Assembly: GCF_001654915.1 (NCBI RefSeq)
Contig: NZ_LXEQ01000033.1
Origin: Buttiauxella ferragutiae ATCC 51602
GTDB taxonomy: Bacteria; Pseudomonadota; Gammaproteobacteria; Enterobacterales; Enterobacteriaceae
Reading direction: 5' to 3' (one strand)
DNA length: 32,000 nucleotides
Part shown: piece by piece, positions 16,303 through 23,721 of the stretch
Layout: each line of letters starts with the position of its first letter
Numbering within the stretch: position 1 is the first letter of the stretch
The notes under the pieces: generated by a model
The model's input: only the letters and a program-made list of their open reading frames with translations
What the model was told of the DNA's origin: nothing
Databases searched by the model: none
Made by a program: the position numbers and the translations under genes

Positions 16303-17040
16303 ATGACCCAGACCATAACTATTCCTGAATCCCTGAAAGCCGGTATGCAGCGTCTTGAAGCGGCAAAGGCGGCTCATCTTGAGAACGCCCGCAAAATTGA
16401 TGAGACCGAAACGGCCATCAACCGCGCCCGCGAACAGAAAGCGGAGCTGGAGCAGGAAAACGGTGAGGACACGAATAGCTGGCGCAACCTGTTCCGCGCC
16501 GGTGGTGCTGTGCTGACGGATGACCTGAAAAAGCGTCACATTGAACGTGTGGCACAGCGTGAGCTGGCACAGGAATGCGACAATCTGGCACAGGTGCTGG
16601 AGTTTGAACGGGAGAAGCTAAAGGGAGCCTGTGATTCGAGCGCAAAAGCGTACCGACAGGCTCATCTGTCCGTTTTGCGTGACTATGCTGAGGGTGAACT
16701 GAAACAGGCACTGGAAACCGCCTGCGGCGCACTTGTCCGGGCAATGAAGCTAAAAGGCCTGGTATTAGATAACCCCCTGGCTAACAACACCGGTCATCAG
16801 GGCTACGTCGAACCGGATAAAGCGGTCATGCATCAGGTCACCCTGTTTCTTGAGCAGAAAATCAGTGGGTATAACCTGCGTCTTACCGACGAACCGGTGC
16901 TCTACAAAACCGGCCTGTCATCCCTGACGCTGCCACATATGGATCATAATGTGGCGGGAACACCATTCGCCAATAAGGCATTTTACGAGCGCATGCAGCA
17001 ACTGGAAGCGCAGCTCAAAGCGAAAGGGTTACTGTCATGA
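16303..17040 (+). CDS. sid: Sid, capsid size-determination (external scaffold) protein
   Basis: 245 aa (P4 Sid is 244 aa from memory). AAHLENAR, HIERVAQRELAQECDNLAQVLEFEREKLKGACDS and the C-terminal KAKGLLS match P4 Sid as I recall it. Order sid-delta-psu. Confidence 0.8.
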   Translation: MTQTITIPESLKAGMQRLEAAKAAHLENARKIDETETAINRAREQKAELEQENGEDTNSWRNLFRAGGAVLTDDLKKRHIERVAQRELAQECDNLAQVLEFEREKLKGACDSSAKAYRQAHLSVLRDYAEGELKQALETACGALVRAMKLKGLVLDNPLANNTGHQGYVEPDKAVMHQVTLFLEQKISGYNLRLTDEPVLYKTGLSSLTLPHMDHNVAGTPFANKAFYERMQQLEAQLKAKGLLS

Positions 17041-17276
17041 TGCACTGTCCATTCTGTAAAACCTCAGCCCATTCCCGTTCAAGCCGCTATCTGTCTGACA
17101 GCGTCAAGCATCGCTATTACCAGTGCCAGAATGTGCTCTGCTCTGCGACCTTCCGGTCGATGGAGTCCGTTGAGTCGATTATCCGACAGCCGGTGGCCAG
17201 TGATGAGCCTGATGATGATTTTATCCAGGCAGAAATGGATAAAGAGCCGAAACAGCGACCATCAGCGACACAATGA
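17037..17276 (+). CDS. delta: Delta/Ogr-family zinc-finger late transcription activator
   Basis: MHCPFCKTSAHSRSSRYLSDSVKHRYYQCQNVLCSATF is the Ogr/Delta C2C2 zinc-finger pattern. ATGA overlap with the sid stop. Single-domain size (79 aa). Confidence 0.85.
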   Translation: MMHCPFCKTSAHSRSSRYLSDSVKHRYYQCQNVLCSATFRSMESVESIIRQPVASDEPDDDFIQAEMDKEPKQRPSATQ

Positions 17277-17294
17277 CCAGACGGGGATGAATCA

Positions 17295-17870
17295 ATGAGC
17301 GACACACCATTACAGCAGGCCTTTGCAGTGTGTCAGGCGAATAAAACAGCCTGGCTGAATAAAAAAGATGAGCTGGCCGCAGCAGAGACGGAACTGGATG
17401 AACACCTCGCACCGGGAGCGCCCCGGAACGCAGAGAAAATCCGCTACCTGAGCGAATACATCGACATTAAGCAGTGGGAAATTACCTGTGCGGCTGGCCG
17501 CTATATCCGTTCACATGAAGCGGTGCAACACATCAGCATCGGGAATGCCCTGGGCGCTTTTATGACGCAGAACGGGGCGGCACTGGTCAATACACTGGCA
17601 CCGGAATTAATGGGTATTAATCAGTTTCCTGCGGCAGTCAGAGAGCTGGCGATACGACGAGCGACGCATTACATCGGTGAAGCCCTGCGGGGGTATCTGA
17701 CCACGAGTCAGGAAATCAATTACACGGCTGAAAACAACGACATTTTAACGGCCATCGGATTCAGGCCTGATGCGGCTTCGCGTGTTGATAATCAGCAAAA
17801 ATACACACCGGTACAGAACCGTGTTTATGCGCACCGGCAGGCAGAACTGAGCCAGCAAAACCCCGTTTAA
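17295..17870 (+). CDS. psu: Psu, polarity suppression / capsid decoration protein
   Basis: 191 aa (P4 Psu is 190 aa). LQQAF..CQ.NK.AWL..K.ELAAAE and AAGRYIRSHEAVQHISI match P4 Psu as recalled. Confidence 0.85.
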   Translation: MSDTPLQQAFAVCQANKTAWLNKKDELAAAETELDEHLAPGAPRNAEKIRYLSEYIDIKQWEITCAAGRYIRSHEAVQHISIGNALGAFMTQNGAALVNTLAPELMGINQFPAAVRELAIRRATHYIGEALRGYLTTSQEINYTAENNDILTAIGFRPDAASRVDNQQKYTPVQNRVYAHRQAELSQQNPV

Positions 17871-17904
17871 AATACGCCAAAAAATACTGCTATTTAATTC
17901 AATT

Positions 17905-17930
17905 AAACCATGCATTACCGTGCATGGTTT
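17905..17930 (+). terminator. Perfect 10-bp stem hairpin between the convergent psu and cargo genes
   Basis: aaaccatgca-ttaccg-tgcatggttt. Duplicated at 4917-4942. Weak T-tract. Confidence 0.4.
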
Positions 17931-18031
17931 TGCATGTAAAACCCCGTATTTTTCACACCTCAACATCCCAGAGCTGGCACGGCTCCGGGGTGTTCATGCA
18001 TATGCATTAAAACCCACCCATGAAGCGGGCA

Positions 18032-18050
18032 GGCGTGGCGGGGATAGCAT
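18032..18050. other. cos cohesive-end sequence (P2/186 type) of the intact satellite
   Basis: GGCGTGGCGGGGATAGCAT is 18/19 identical to the recalled phage 186 cos and lies downstream of psu, as in P4. Confidence 0.65.
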
Positions 18051-18135
18051 TGCGCGCTAAATGTATAATTGATAAAAAGCTCATAAAATTAAAGTTACCT
18101 TTTAAATCTATAAGCTTATTTTCATTTAACTTGGT

Positions 18136-19035
18136 TTAACGAAGTTTTATTAAATTGCTCTGGTATATCCAATTGTTCGTCCTGAAATTGTAAAGGGAGA
18201 ATCTGATTATATATTCCCAGTCGTATGTTAAATTGTCATTTATTGAAATAAAACTATCCACCAAATCTCTGTGTGTGTTAATGGTAATACTACCTTTATC
18301 AAGTAATTCTTTATATTTTCTCAGTTGCTTTGCATTTCTCCAAAAAGAGTTTGAAATCATTTCCTGATGCAATTTTTCAATTTTAATTGTTCGTAGATGG
18401 AAGTTGATGTGTTTTTTTATTATATAGGGGAGGTTATTGTTTGCAGTAACAATAAATTTCATATCTACAGAGGGGTATGGGTTTTCTTTAAATATAACAA
18501 TGAGTAATGGTTCGTTTTGTAGTAATGATTGATAATCATCATAATAAGGATTGATTATTCTCCTCCATGCGCCGAATGATTTTTTTGCACCTTTGTCTTT
18601 GTTACAATCACCACAGCATGGAATAAGATTTTCAGGTAGGAATGCGAATTGGGGTAGGAGCGCTTTGTTGTAATAATGGTCTAATGTTCGACATGGGGAC
18701 ACGCCACAGTATGGACATAAAATCCCATTGTTAACATATGCATTCCTAATATCATCTATGAAATTAGTTTTTCTTTTTTTACTTGGGTTTTTGTAAATCC
18801 ATTCTAATTGGGTCTGGAATTTAGAAAGGTTTATGCGATTGTTGTGACTTAACCTTTTATTTTGAAGCATCTCATAATTATATTTAATTAATTCATGCAA
18901 CCAAACTGTTTTTTTTGAACTTAAATCTAAAATTCCAACTGGCTCATTTAATGATGTCATGATGTCTATTGCAGATGCTAAATTAACATCATTTTCAATT
19001 TTGCTTATCTCCAAAGGCTTTGTTAAAGGTCTCAT
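18136..19035 (-). CDS. HNH endonuclease-domain protein (299 aa), partner of the upstream ATPase
   Basis: CPYC (107-110), DH (119-120), N136 and CCGDCN (140-145) form an HNH zinc-finger core. ATGA overlap with the ATPase stop. Strongly AT-rich. Confidence 0.8.
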   Translation of the reverse strand: MRPLTKPLEISKIENDVNLASAIDIMTSLNEPVGILDLSSKKTVWLHELIKYNYEMLQNKRLSHNNRINLSKFQTQLEWIYKNPSKKRKTNFIDDIRNAYVNNGILCPYCGVSPCRTLDHYYNKALLPQFAFLPENLIPCCGDCNKDKGAKKSFGAWRRIINPYYDDYQSLLQNEPLLIVIFKENPYPSVDMKFIVTANNNLPYIIKKHINFHLRTIKIEKLHQEMISNSFWRNAKQLRKYKELLDKGSITINTHRDLVDSFISINDNLTYDWEYIIRFSLYNFRTNNWIYQSNLIKLR

Positions 19036-20702
19036 TTTAATTTTGCCTCCATTATTATTTTATTAATTAAGTCTGAAGGAAGGTGAGAGTAATTACTTAA
19101 TATTTCTGAGATCGTATTGTTTTTTGCTATATTGGAGATTTCTTCTCTGAAAATAGCGTTTGAGTGTAAGTCGCCGAAAACATCAATCATTATTTGATGT
19201 GTATCTGCGCCAAAGGTCTCAATTTTCGTATTTTTGAACCTTGTAACGCCATTGTTTCGATGCAAAATAGTTACTTGCTGAGAGGGGATTTCTCTTAATA
19301 CTAATGCTGAATGTGTTGTTGCGATAGCAACTGAATTTGTGTCTCTTAATATATTTGTAAGTGAATTTATAAAGTGGGTTAGCAAACTTGGATGCAGGTA
19401 GTTTTCAGGTTCTTCTATTAATATTAGGCTGTTTGTTTCGACGATTGAAATCAATGAAAACATACATGTCAAAAATGCCAGTTGTCCTGAGCTAAGCTCA
19501 AATGGTTGCTCATCTTTATAAAAAACAATTTCCTCGTTTGGGAGGGTGTATTCAATTTCTGTGCCAGTTAACAGATCCAGGTTCCCATTTAAGTTGACCA
19601 GCGTATAACGGTCTATCAAATTGGAAAAACTTTTAGATTTTATCTCATCACTATTAGTTTTAATTCCTATTGAGAAGTTAGGGATTATTGTTTCAGTGAC
19701 TTTATCTAATAATTGACTTTGTTTAAAAAAACCTTCTTTTGTGGAGTCGCGTTCTTTCACCATTTCCATTAAAGATAATAAAGTTAACTTTCTCCCTCTA
19801 ATAAATAAATTATTGTAATGTTTCTTGGAAGTAAGGGATATAAAATTATAGTTGTTTGTTTTGGAACGGTTTTTTGTAATATTTGTAGGGCGGTAACAAC
19901 TGTCGTTAATCGTGTTGGATAATGCAATTATTCTACTAAATACCTCATTTTTATCATGAGAATCATGCTTTAAAGAAAGGTAGTTTTTAGCAATTCTATT
20001 CAATAAAAATGTTTTACCACTACCGTTTTTCCCTATTAATATATGTATAGGTATGTTTATGTTGTGATATTTTGAAAAATTTAACTTGTACTTATTATTT
20101 TCAAAGTCCTCAATGGTTAAATGTGATGGTGGTTGTATGTTATAAATTATATTATTTGTGTTTACCAGGTGTTTATAGCCATTGGTAAACGCATAATAAC
20201 TGGCGCTATTGTTAAGTAGTAGATCAAAAAATATTTTGTTAGAATTTTCTCGTATGAATCTATGAGATTTTTTTATATTAAAACCAGCGCCTAAATCTTT
20301 TATCGTATACAGAAAATCTAAAGCATCATTTGTATTTAGGTTTTTATTAATGTACCGATAAGTTCCCTCGTCATCAATTTGACTCAGGAAGTAATAATTT
20401 AAGTCGGTTTCTATATCTCGTAAAGATATTTTATTGGAGGATAATTTTTTGAATAAGTCATTTTCGTTGTCATTACGCCCAACTAAAAGCATGGTGAGAG
20501 TGTTGGAATTAGTGTTGGCTTTGTATTTTTTGAAATGAAAATGATCTATTTCATTGTTAAGGTTGATAGCTATTTTTAGAACAAAAATGTGGTTGTTGTG
20601 GATTTTATAAATTGATTTTTTAATATCAATAACTTCAAGGGTAATGCGATCTTGGTTATTGTCCTGTGGCTTTCCAAAAATAATATCATTAATTTTTATC
20701 AT
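19032..20702 (-). CDS. ABC/SMC-type (AAA_15/21-like) ATPase with a ~220-aa unrecognised N-terminal domain (556 aa)
   Basis: Walker A GKNGSGKT (res 224-231; nt 20010-20033), signature LSSGQ (402-406), Walker B LILIEEPE (426-433), H-loop TTHS (462-465). Its ATG overlaps the int TAA (TAATG). Confidence 0.8.
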   Translation of the reverse strand: MIKINDIIFGKPQDNNQDRITLEVIDIKKSIYKIHNNHIFVLKIAINLNNEIDHFHFKKYKANTNSNTLTMLLVGRNDNENDLFKKLSSNKISLRDIETDLNYYFLSQIDDEGTYRYINKNLNTNDALDFLYTIKDLGAGFNIKKSHRFIRENSNKIFFDLLLNNSASYYAFTNGYKHLVNTNNIIYNIQPPSHLTIEDFENNKYKLNFSKYHNINIPIHILIGKNGSGKTFLLNRIAKNYLSLKHDSHDKNEVFSRIIALSNTINDSCYRPTNITKNRSKTNNYNFISLTSKKHYNNLFIRGRKLTLLSLMEMVKERDSTKEGFFKQSQLLDKVTETIIPNFSIGIKTNSDEIKSKSFSNLIDRYTLVNLNGNLDLLTGTEIEYTLPNEEIVFYKDEQPFELSSGQLAFLTCMFSLISIVETNSLILIEEPENYLHPSLLTHFINSLTNILRDTNSVAIATTHSALVLREIPSQQVTILHRNNGVTRFKNTKIETFGADTHQIMIDVFGDLHSNAIFREEISNIAKNNTISEILSNYSHLPSDLINKIIMEAKLK

Positions 20703-21904
20703 TAATATGCTCTCATTTTTTTATAAACGACAATTCCCCACCATTGCATTAGCTCATAACGAGCCTCTAAGTAGGTAGATCTATTGTAAGCACGACGAAC
20801 TTCATTTTTATCTGAATGCGCCAAGGCTGTTTCAATTACATCTGCGTTAAATCCGGCCTCATTCATTGCTGTACTTGCAATTGAGCGCAGCCCATGTGCG
20901 ACTAACTTTCCACCATATCCGATGCGTTTTATAGCAGCATTAGCCGTTTGGCTATTCATTGCTTGCTTTGGATCATTCCTGCTCGGGAAAACATGTTCTC
21001 GGTGAGAGCTAATAGGCTTCATTACCTCCAGAATCTCTAATGCCTGAGGAGATAAAGGAACAACGTGCTCGCGTTTGCCCTTCATTCGTTCTGCTGGAAT
21101 AGTCCACAGCTTGGTATCGAGATCGATTTCTTCCCATCTAGTACCGGAAGCCTCCGCAGGGCGCACAAGTGTCAGGAGCTGCCATTCAATCAAACAACGA
21201 GTCGAAACCGAAAGGTTAGACATCACTAGTGAGCGCATGAGGTTTGGAAGTTCTTCCGGTCGTAAGGTTGGCATGTTTTGCTTTTTAGGCCGCTCAAAAG
21301 CCATACCAACACCGGATGCCGGGTTTGAATCAATCAAACCGGTGTTAACCGCATATATCATTATTTCATTGACGCGCTGTACCAAACGGCGAACTGTCTC
21401 AAGTGCTCCACGCGCTTTGATGGGTTCAAGTGCTTCAACTAACGTTCTGGCTTTGATTTCCTGAACAGGGATCTCACCAATGGCTGGGAACACGTCTTTA
21501 TCCAGAGAACGCCAAATATCCTTCGCGTAATCTGCTGTGACGCTTTTGCTTTTGAGCTGGAACCAGTTAGCGGCCACGGTGGAGAAAATACTGTCGAGGG
21601 CAATTTGCTGCTGTTCCTCTGTGACCTCTGCTTGAACCTGTGGGTCGATGCCTTTGGCTAACAATGAAAGATATTCAGCTCGTAATGCTCGGGCATCCGC
21701 AAGCGAAAGGGCAGGGAAGGAACCTAAACCAACCATCGTTCTTTTTTTGGTGGTCGGTCTTTGATACCGAAAACGCCATAGCTTTTTTCCGGTCGTCTTA
21801 ACGATAAGGAATAAACCTTCGCCGTCATGAAGCGTCAGCTCTTTCTCGCCTGCTTTTGCTCGTAGAACTTCGGTGTTAGTGAGGGGGCGCGTTGTCCGTG
21901 CCAT
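20702..21904 (-). CDS. int: P4-type tyrosine integrase (intact, 400 aa)
   Basis: N-terminal arm-binding DUF4102-like region (LTLHDGEGLFLIVKTTGKKLWRFRY). Catalytic AHGLRS...RRAYNRSTY. Adjacent to the ssrA 3' end. Confidence 0.9.
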   Translation of the reverse strand: MARTTRPLTNTEVLRAKAGEKELTLHDGEGLFLIVKTTGKKLWRFRYQRPTTKKRTMVGLGSFPALSLADARALRAEYLSLLAKGIDPQVQAEVTEEQQQIALDSIFSTVAANWFQLKSKSVTADYAKDIWRSLDKDVFPAIGEIPVQEIKARTLVEALEPIKARGALETVRRLVQRVNEIMIYAVNTGLIDSNPASGVGMAFERPKKQNMPTLRPEELPNLMRSLVMSNLSVSTRCLIEWQLLTLVRPAEASGTRWEEIDLDTKLWTIPAERMKGKREHVVPLSPQALEILEVMKPISSHREHVFPSRNDPKQAMNSQTANAAIKRIGYGGKLVAHGLRSIASTAMNEAGFNADVIETALAHSDKNEVRRAYNRSTYLEARYELMQWWGIVVYKKMRAY

Positions 21905-21921
21905 ATGGCCGCTCCTTCGTG

Positions 21922-21977
21922 AATTGGTATACGTTTTTAGGCCTACATCTTACCGTATACCTAAACGTATACCAATT
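21922..21977. repeat. Putative integrase arm-type repeats (int-proximal att arm)
   Basis: aattggtatacg (21922-33, inverted) and gtatacctaaacgtataccaatt (21955-77). The latter is near-identical to 9491-9513. Confidence 0.5.
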
Positions 21978-22030
21978 ATCACTGGATTCAGGCGGATCTT
22001 CTCGGATGGTTGCGGACATATAACAGATAC

Positions 22031-22062
22031 AAAAAAGCCCGCAAGGCTTACGCTGTGCGGGC
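22031..22062 (-). terminator. Rho-independent terminator following ssrA (supplied by the satellite)
   Basis: The minus strand reads gcccgca-(12-nt loop)-tgcgggc followed by TTTTTT, about 48 nt downstream of the tmRNA CCA end. Confidence 0.7.
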
Positions 22063-22109
22063 TTTCAGGACTTCCTCGGACGACTCTGGTAATCGTTGAG
22101 GGAGAATTT

Positions 22110-22473
22110 TGGTGGAGCTGGGGGGAGTTGAACCCCCGTCCGAAATTACTACGCCGTCGGTACTACATGCTTAGTCGTATCTTTACATTCGCCGGGCAAC
22201 TGCGGATAGACACGCCATTACCAAACTATCCTGATTAGTTTTAGTGCTTCAACCCCAGGCAAGGTTTACACACGATCTCTTTTGGGTTTGACTTCTCTTG
22301 ATCCCCGTCTTAAGAGCGGAAGCTAGGGAGAGAAGGCTCTAAGCAGGGTATTAAGCTGCTAGTGCGTAGTTTTCGTCGTTTGCGACTATTTTTTTGCGGC
22401 TTTTTACGAGGCAAACCGCCCCTCGGCATGCACCTTGGGTTTCGCGAATCCCGTCGAATCCAGAATCAGCCCC
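22110..22473 (-). ncRNA. ssrA: tmRNA (transfer-messenger RNA)
   Basis: The reverse complement starts GGGGCTGATTCTGGATTCGACGGGATT and ends GGAGCTCCACCA. It carries the tag reading frame GCAAACGACGAAAACTACGCACTAGCAGCTTAA (ANDENYALAA*). Collinear with E. coli ssrA. Confidence 0.97.
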
Positions 22474-22530
22474 ACAAGTGTTTTGTAAGTATAACAGAGT
22501 TGTAGCGTCACTTACTACCCCTTGAGTTTG

Positions 22531-23721
22531 TTAACGTTCACGTAGCGCTTCGCGGGCGCGGTTAAACGGTTTAATCAGGTAATCGACGATGGTTTTTTGC
22601 CCGGTTTTGATGTCGACGGTGGCGACCATACCTGGCGAAATTGAAAAATGGTGTCCGGCTTTGTTCGCCAGGTAGTCCTGTTGGGTGCGGATAAACACCC
22701 GGTAATAGACGATTTCTGGTTTCACTTTGTCCTGAATGGTGTCCGGCGAGATGGTTTCAACGATGCCCTCCAGCCCGCCGTAAATGGCGTAATCGTAGGC
22801 GGTGACTTTCACCAGCGCACGCTGGCCTGGGTGGATAAACGCGATGTCACGCGGTGAGAGGCGCGCCTCAATCAGCAAGTGGTCATCGAGCGGCACGATT
22901 TCCATCATTTCGCCGTTTGGCGGGATCACGCCACCAATGGTCGTTACCTGGATATTTTTGACAATGCCGCGCATTGGCGAGCGCACCGTCATGCGCGATA
23001 CCGAATCTTCACGGCCTTTGATAACCGCTGAAAGCATATCCACTTCGGCGTTCGCTTTGGAAAGCTCCTCGCGGGCTTGTACGTAATATTGTGAACGCAG
23101 GTCGGTGATTTTGAGTTGCAGGTCGCTTTTTTGCCGCTGCAAGCGCAGCACTTCCACGTTACTGGCGGCACCGCTTTTTGCCAGCCGTTGGGTTATGCCC
23201 AGCTCTTGATTGACCGAAACCAGCGCGTCTTTAATATCCGCAGCCGAGTCGTTAAGTTGTGCGCGGCGGCTTTTATATAGCCGGGTTTCGGATGCGGTTA
23301 GCTCCGGCCAGGCTTTTAGCGAGTCGGGAAAGACCAGCGGCAGGTCGTTCACTTCTGCGTTCAACCGCACGCTGGATGCCAGTGATGCGCGGTAACGTGC
23401 GGCACTTTCGCCGACGTTCGATTGCGAACGCGTGGGGTCGAGTTGGGCAACGATTTGCCCGGCTTCAACTTTGTCGCCTTCGTGCACCAGCAACTGGGTG
23501 ACGATGCCGCCGTCGAGCGACTGAAGGATTTGCTCGCGCGAGCTGGGAACCACTTTTCCGGTGCCGGTCGAAACCTCATCAAGCGTGCCAAACCATGCCC
23601 ACACGCCGAGCAAAATAAACAGTAAAACGCTGAGAGTGATAATGCGGCTCGCGCCGGAAAACTCGCTTTCACGCTGGATATCCGGGTCGTCCATTGCGGC
23701 ATCATGCTGACTGGTTTTCAT
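22531..23721 (-). CDS. bapD: HlyD-family type I secretion membrane-fusion protein
   Basis: 396 aa. One N-terminal TM segment (IITLSVLLFILLGVWAWF), a coiled-coil middle and a typical HlyD C-terminus. 20-nt overlap with the ABC gene. The symbol is from my recollection of the Salmonella bapABCD-ssrA arrangement. Confidence 0.8.
   Translation of the reverse strand: MKTSQHDAAMDDPDIQRESEFSGASRIITLSVLLFILLGVWAWFGTLDEVSTGTGKVVPSSREQILQSLDGGIVTQLLVHEGDKVEAGQIVAQLDPTRSQSNVGESAARYRASLASSVRLNAEVNDLPLVFPDSLKAWPELTASETRLYKSRRAQLNDSAADIKDALVSVNQELGITQRLAKSGAASNVEVLRLQRQKSDLQLKITDLRSQYYVQAREELSKANAEVDMLSAVIKGREDSVSRMTVRSPMRGIVKNIQVTTIGGVIPPNGEMMEIVPLDDHLLIEARLSPRDIAFIHPGQRALVKVTAYDYAIYGGLEGIVETISPDTIQDKVKPEIVYYRVFIRTQQDYLANKAGHHFSISPGMVATVDIKTGQKTIVDYLIKPFNRAREALRER

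Larger units (their letters stand above)
9411..22109 (-). mobile_element. Intact P4-family phage satellite integrated at the ssrA 3' end
   Basis: Bounded by the tmRNA 3' end and its partial copy at 9411-9428. Contains int, cos, psu, delta, sid, vis/alpA, immunity-RNA region, alpha and iterons in P4 order. Confidence 0.85.

Noticed and set aside
16103-16744. Minus-strand ORFs 16103-16300, 16114-16539 and 16418-16744
   Set aside because: They run through the iteron cluster and sid promoter, or lie antisense to sid. They have no RBS and biased, motif-free translations.
21873-22238. 121-aa plus-strand ORF
   Set aside because: It overlaps the int start, the att arm, the terminator and the 3' third of the tmRNA gene on the opposite strand. 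It is explained by those features.
22474-22530. ssrA promoter call in the 57-bp gap after the HlyD gene
   Set aside because: A TATACT hexamer is present on the minus strand, but I could not find a convincing -35 at proper spacing. It is not reported as a feature.
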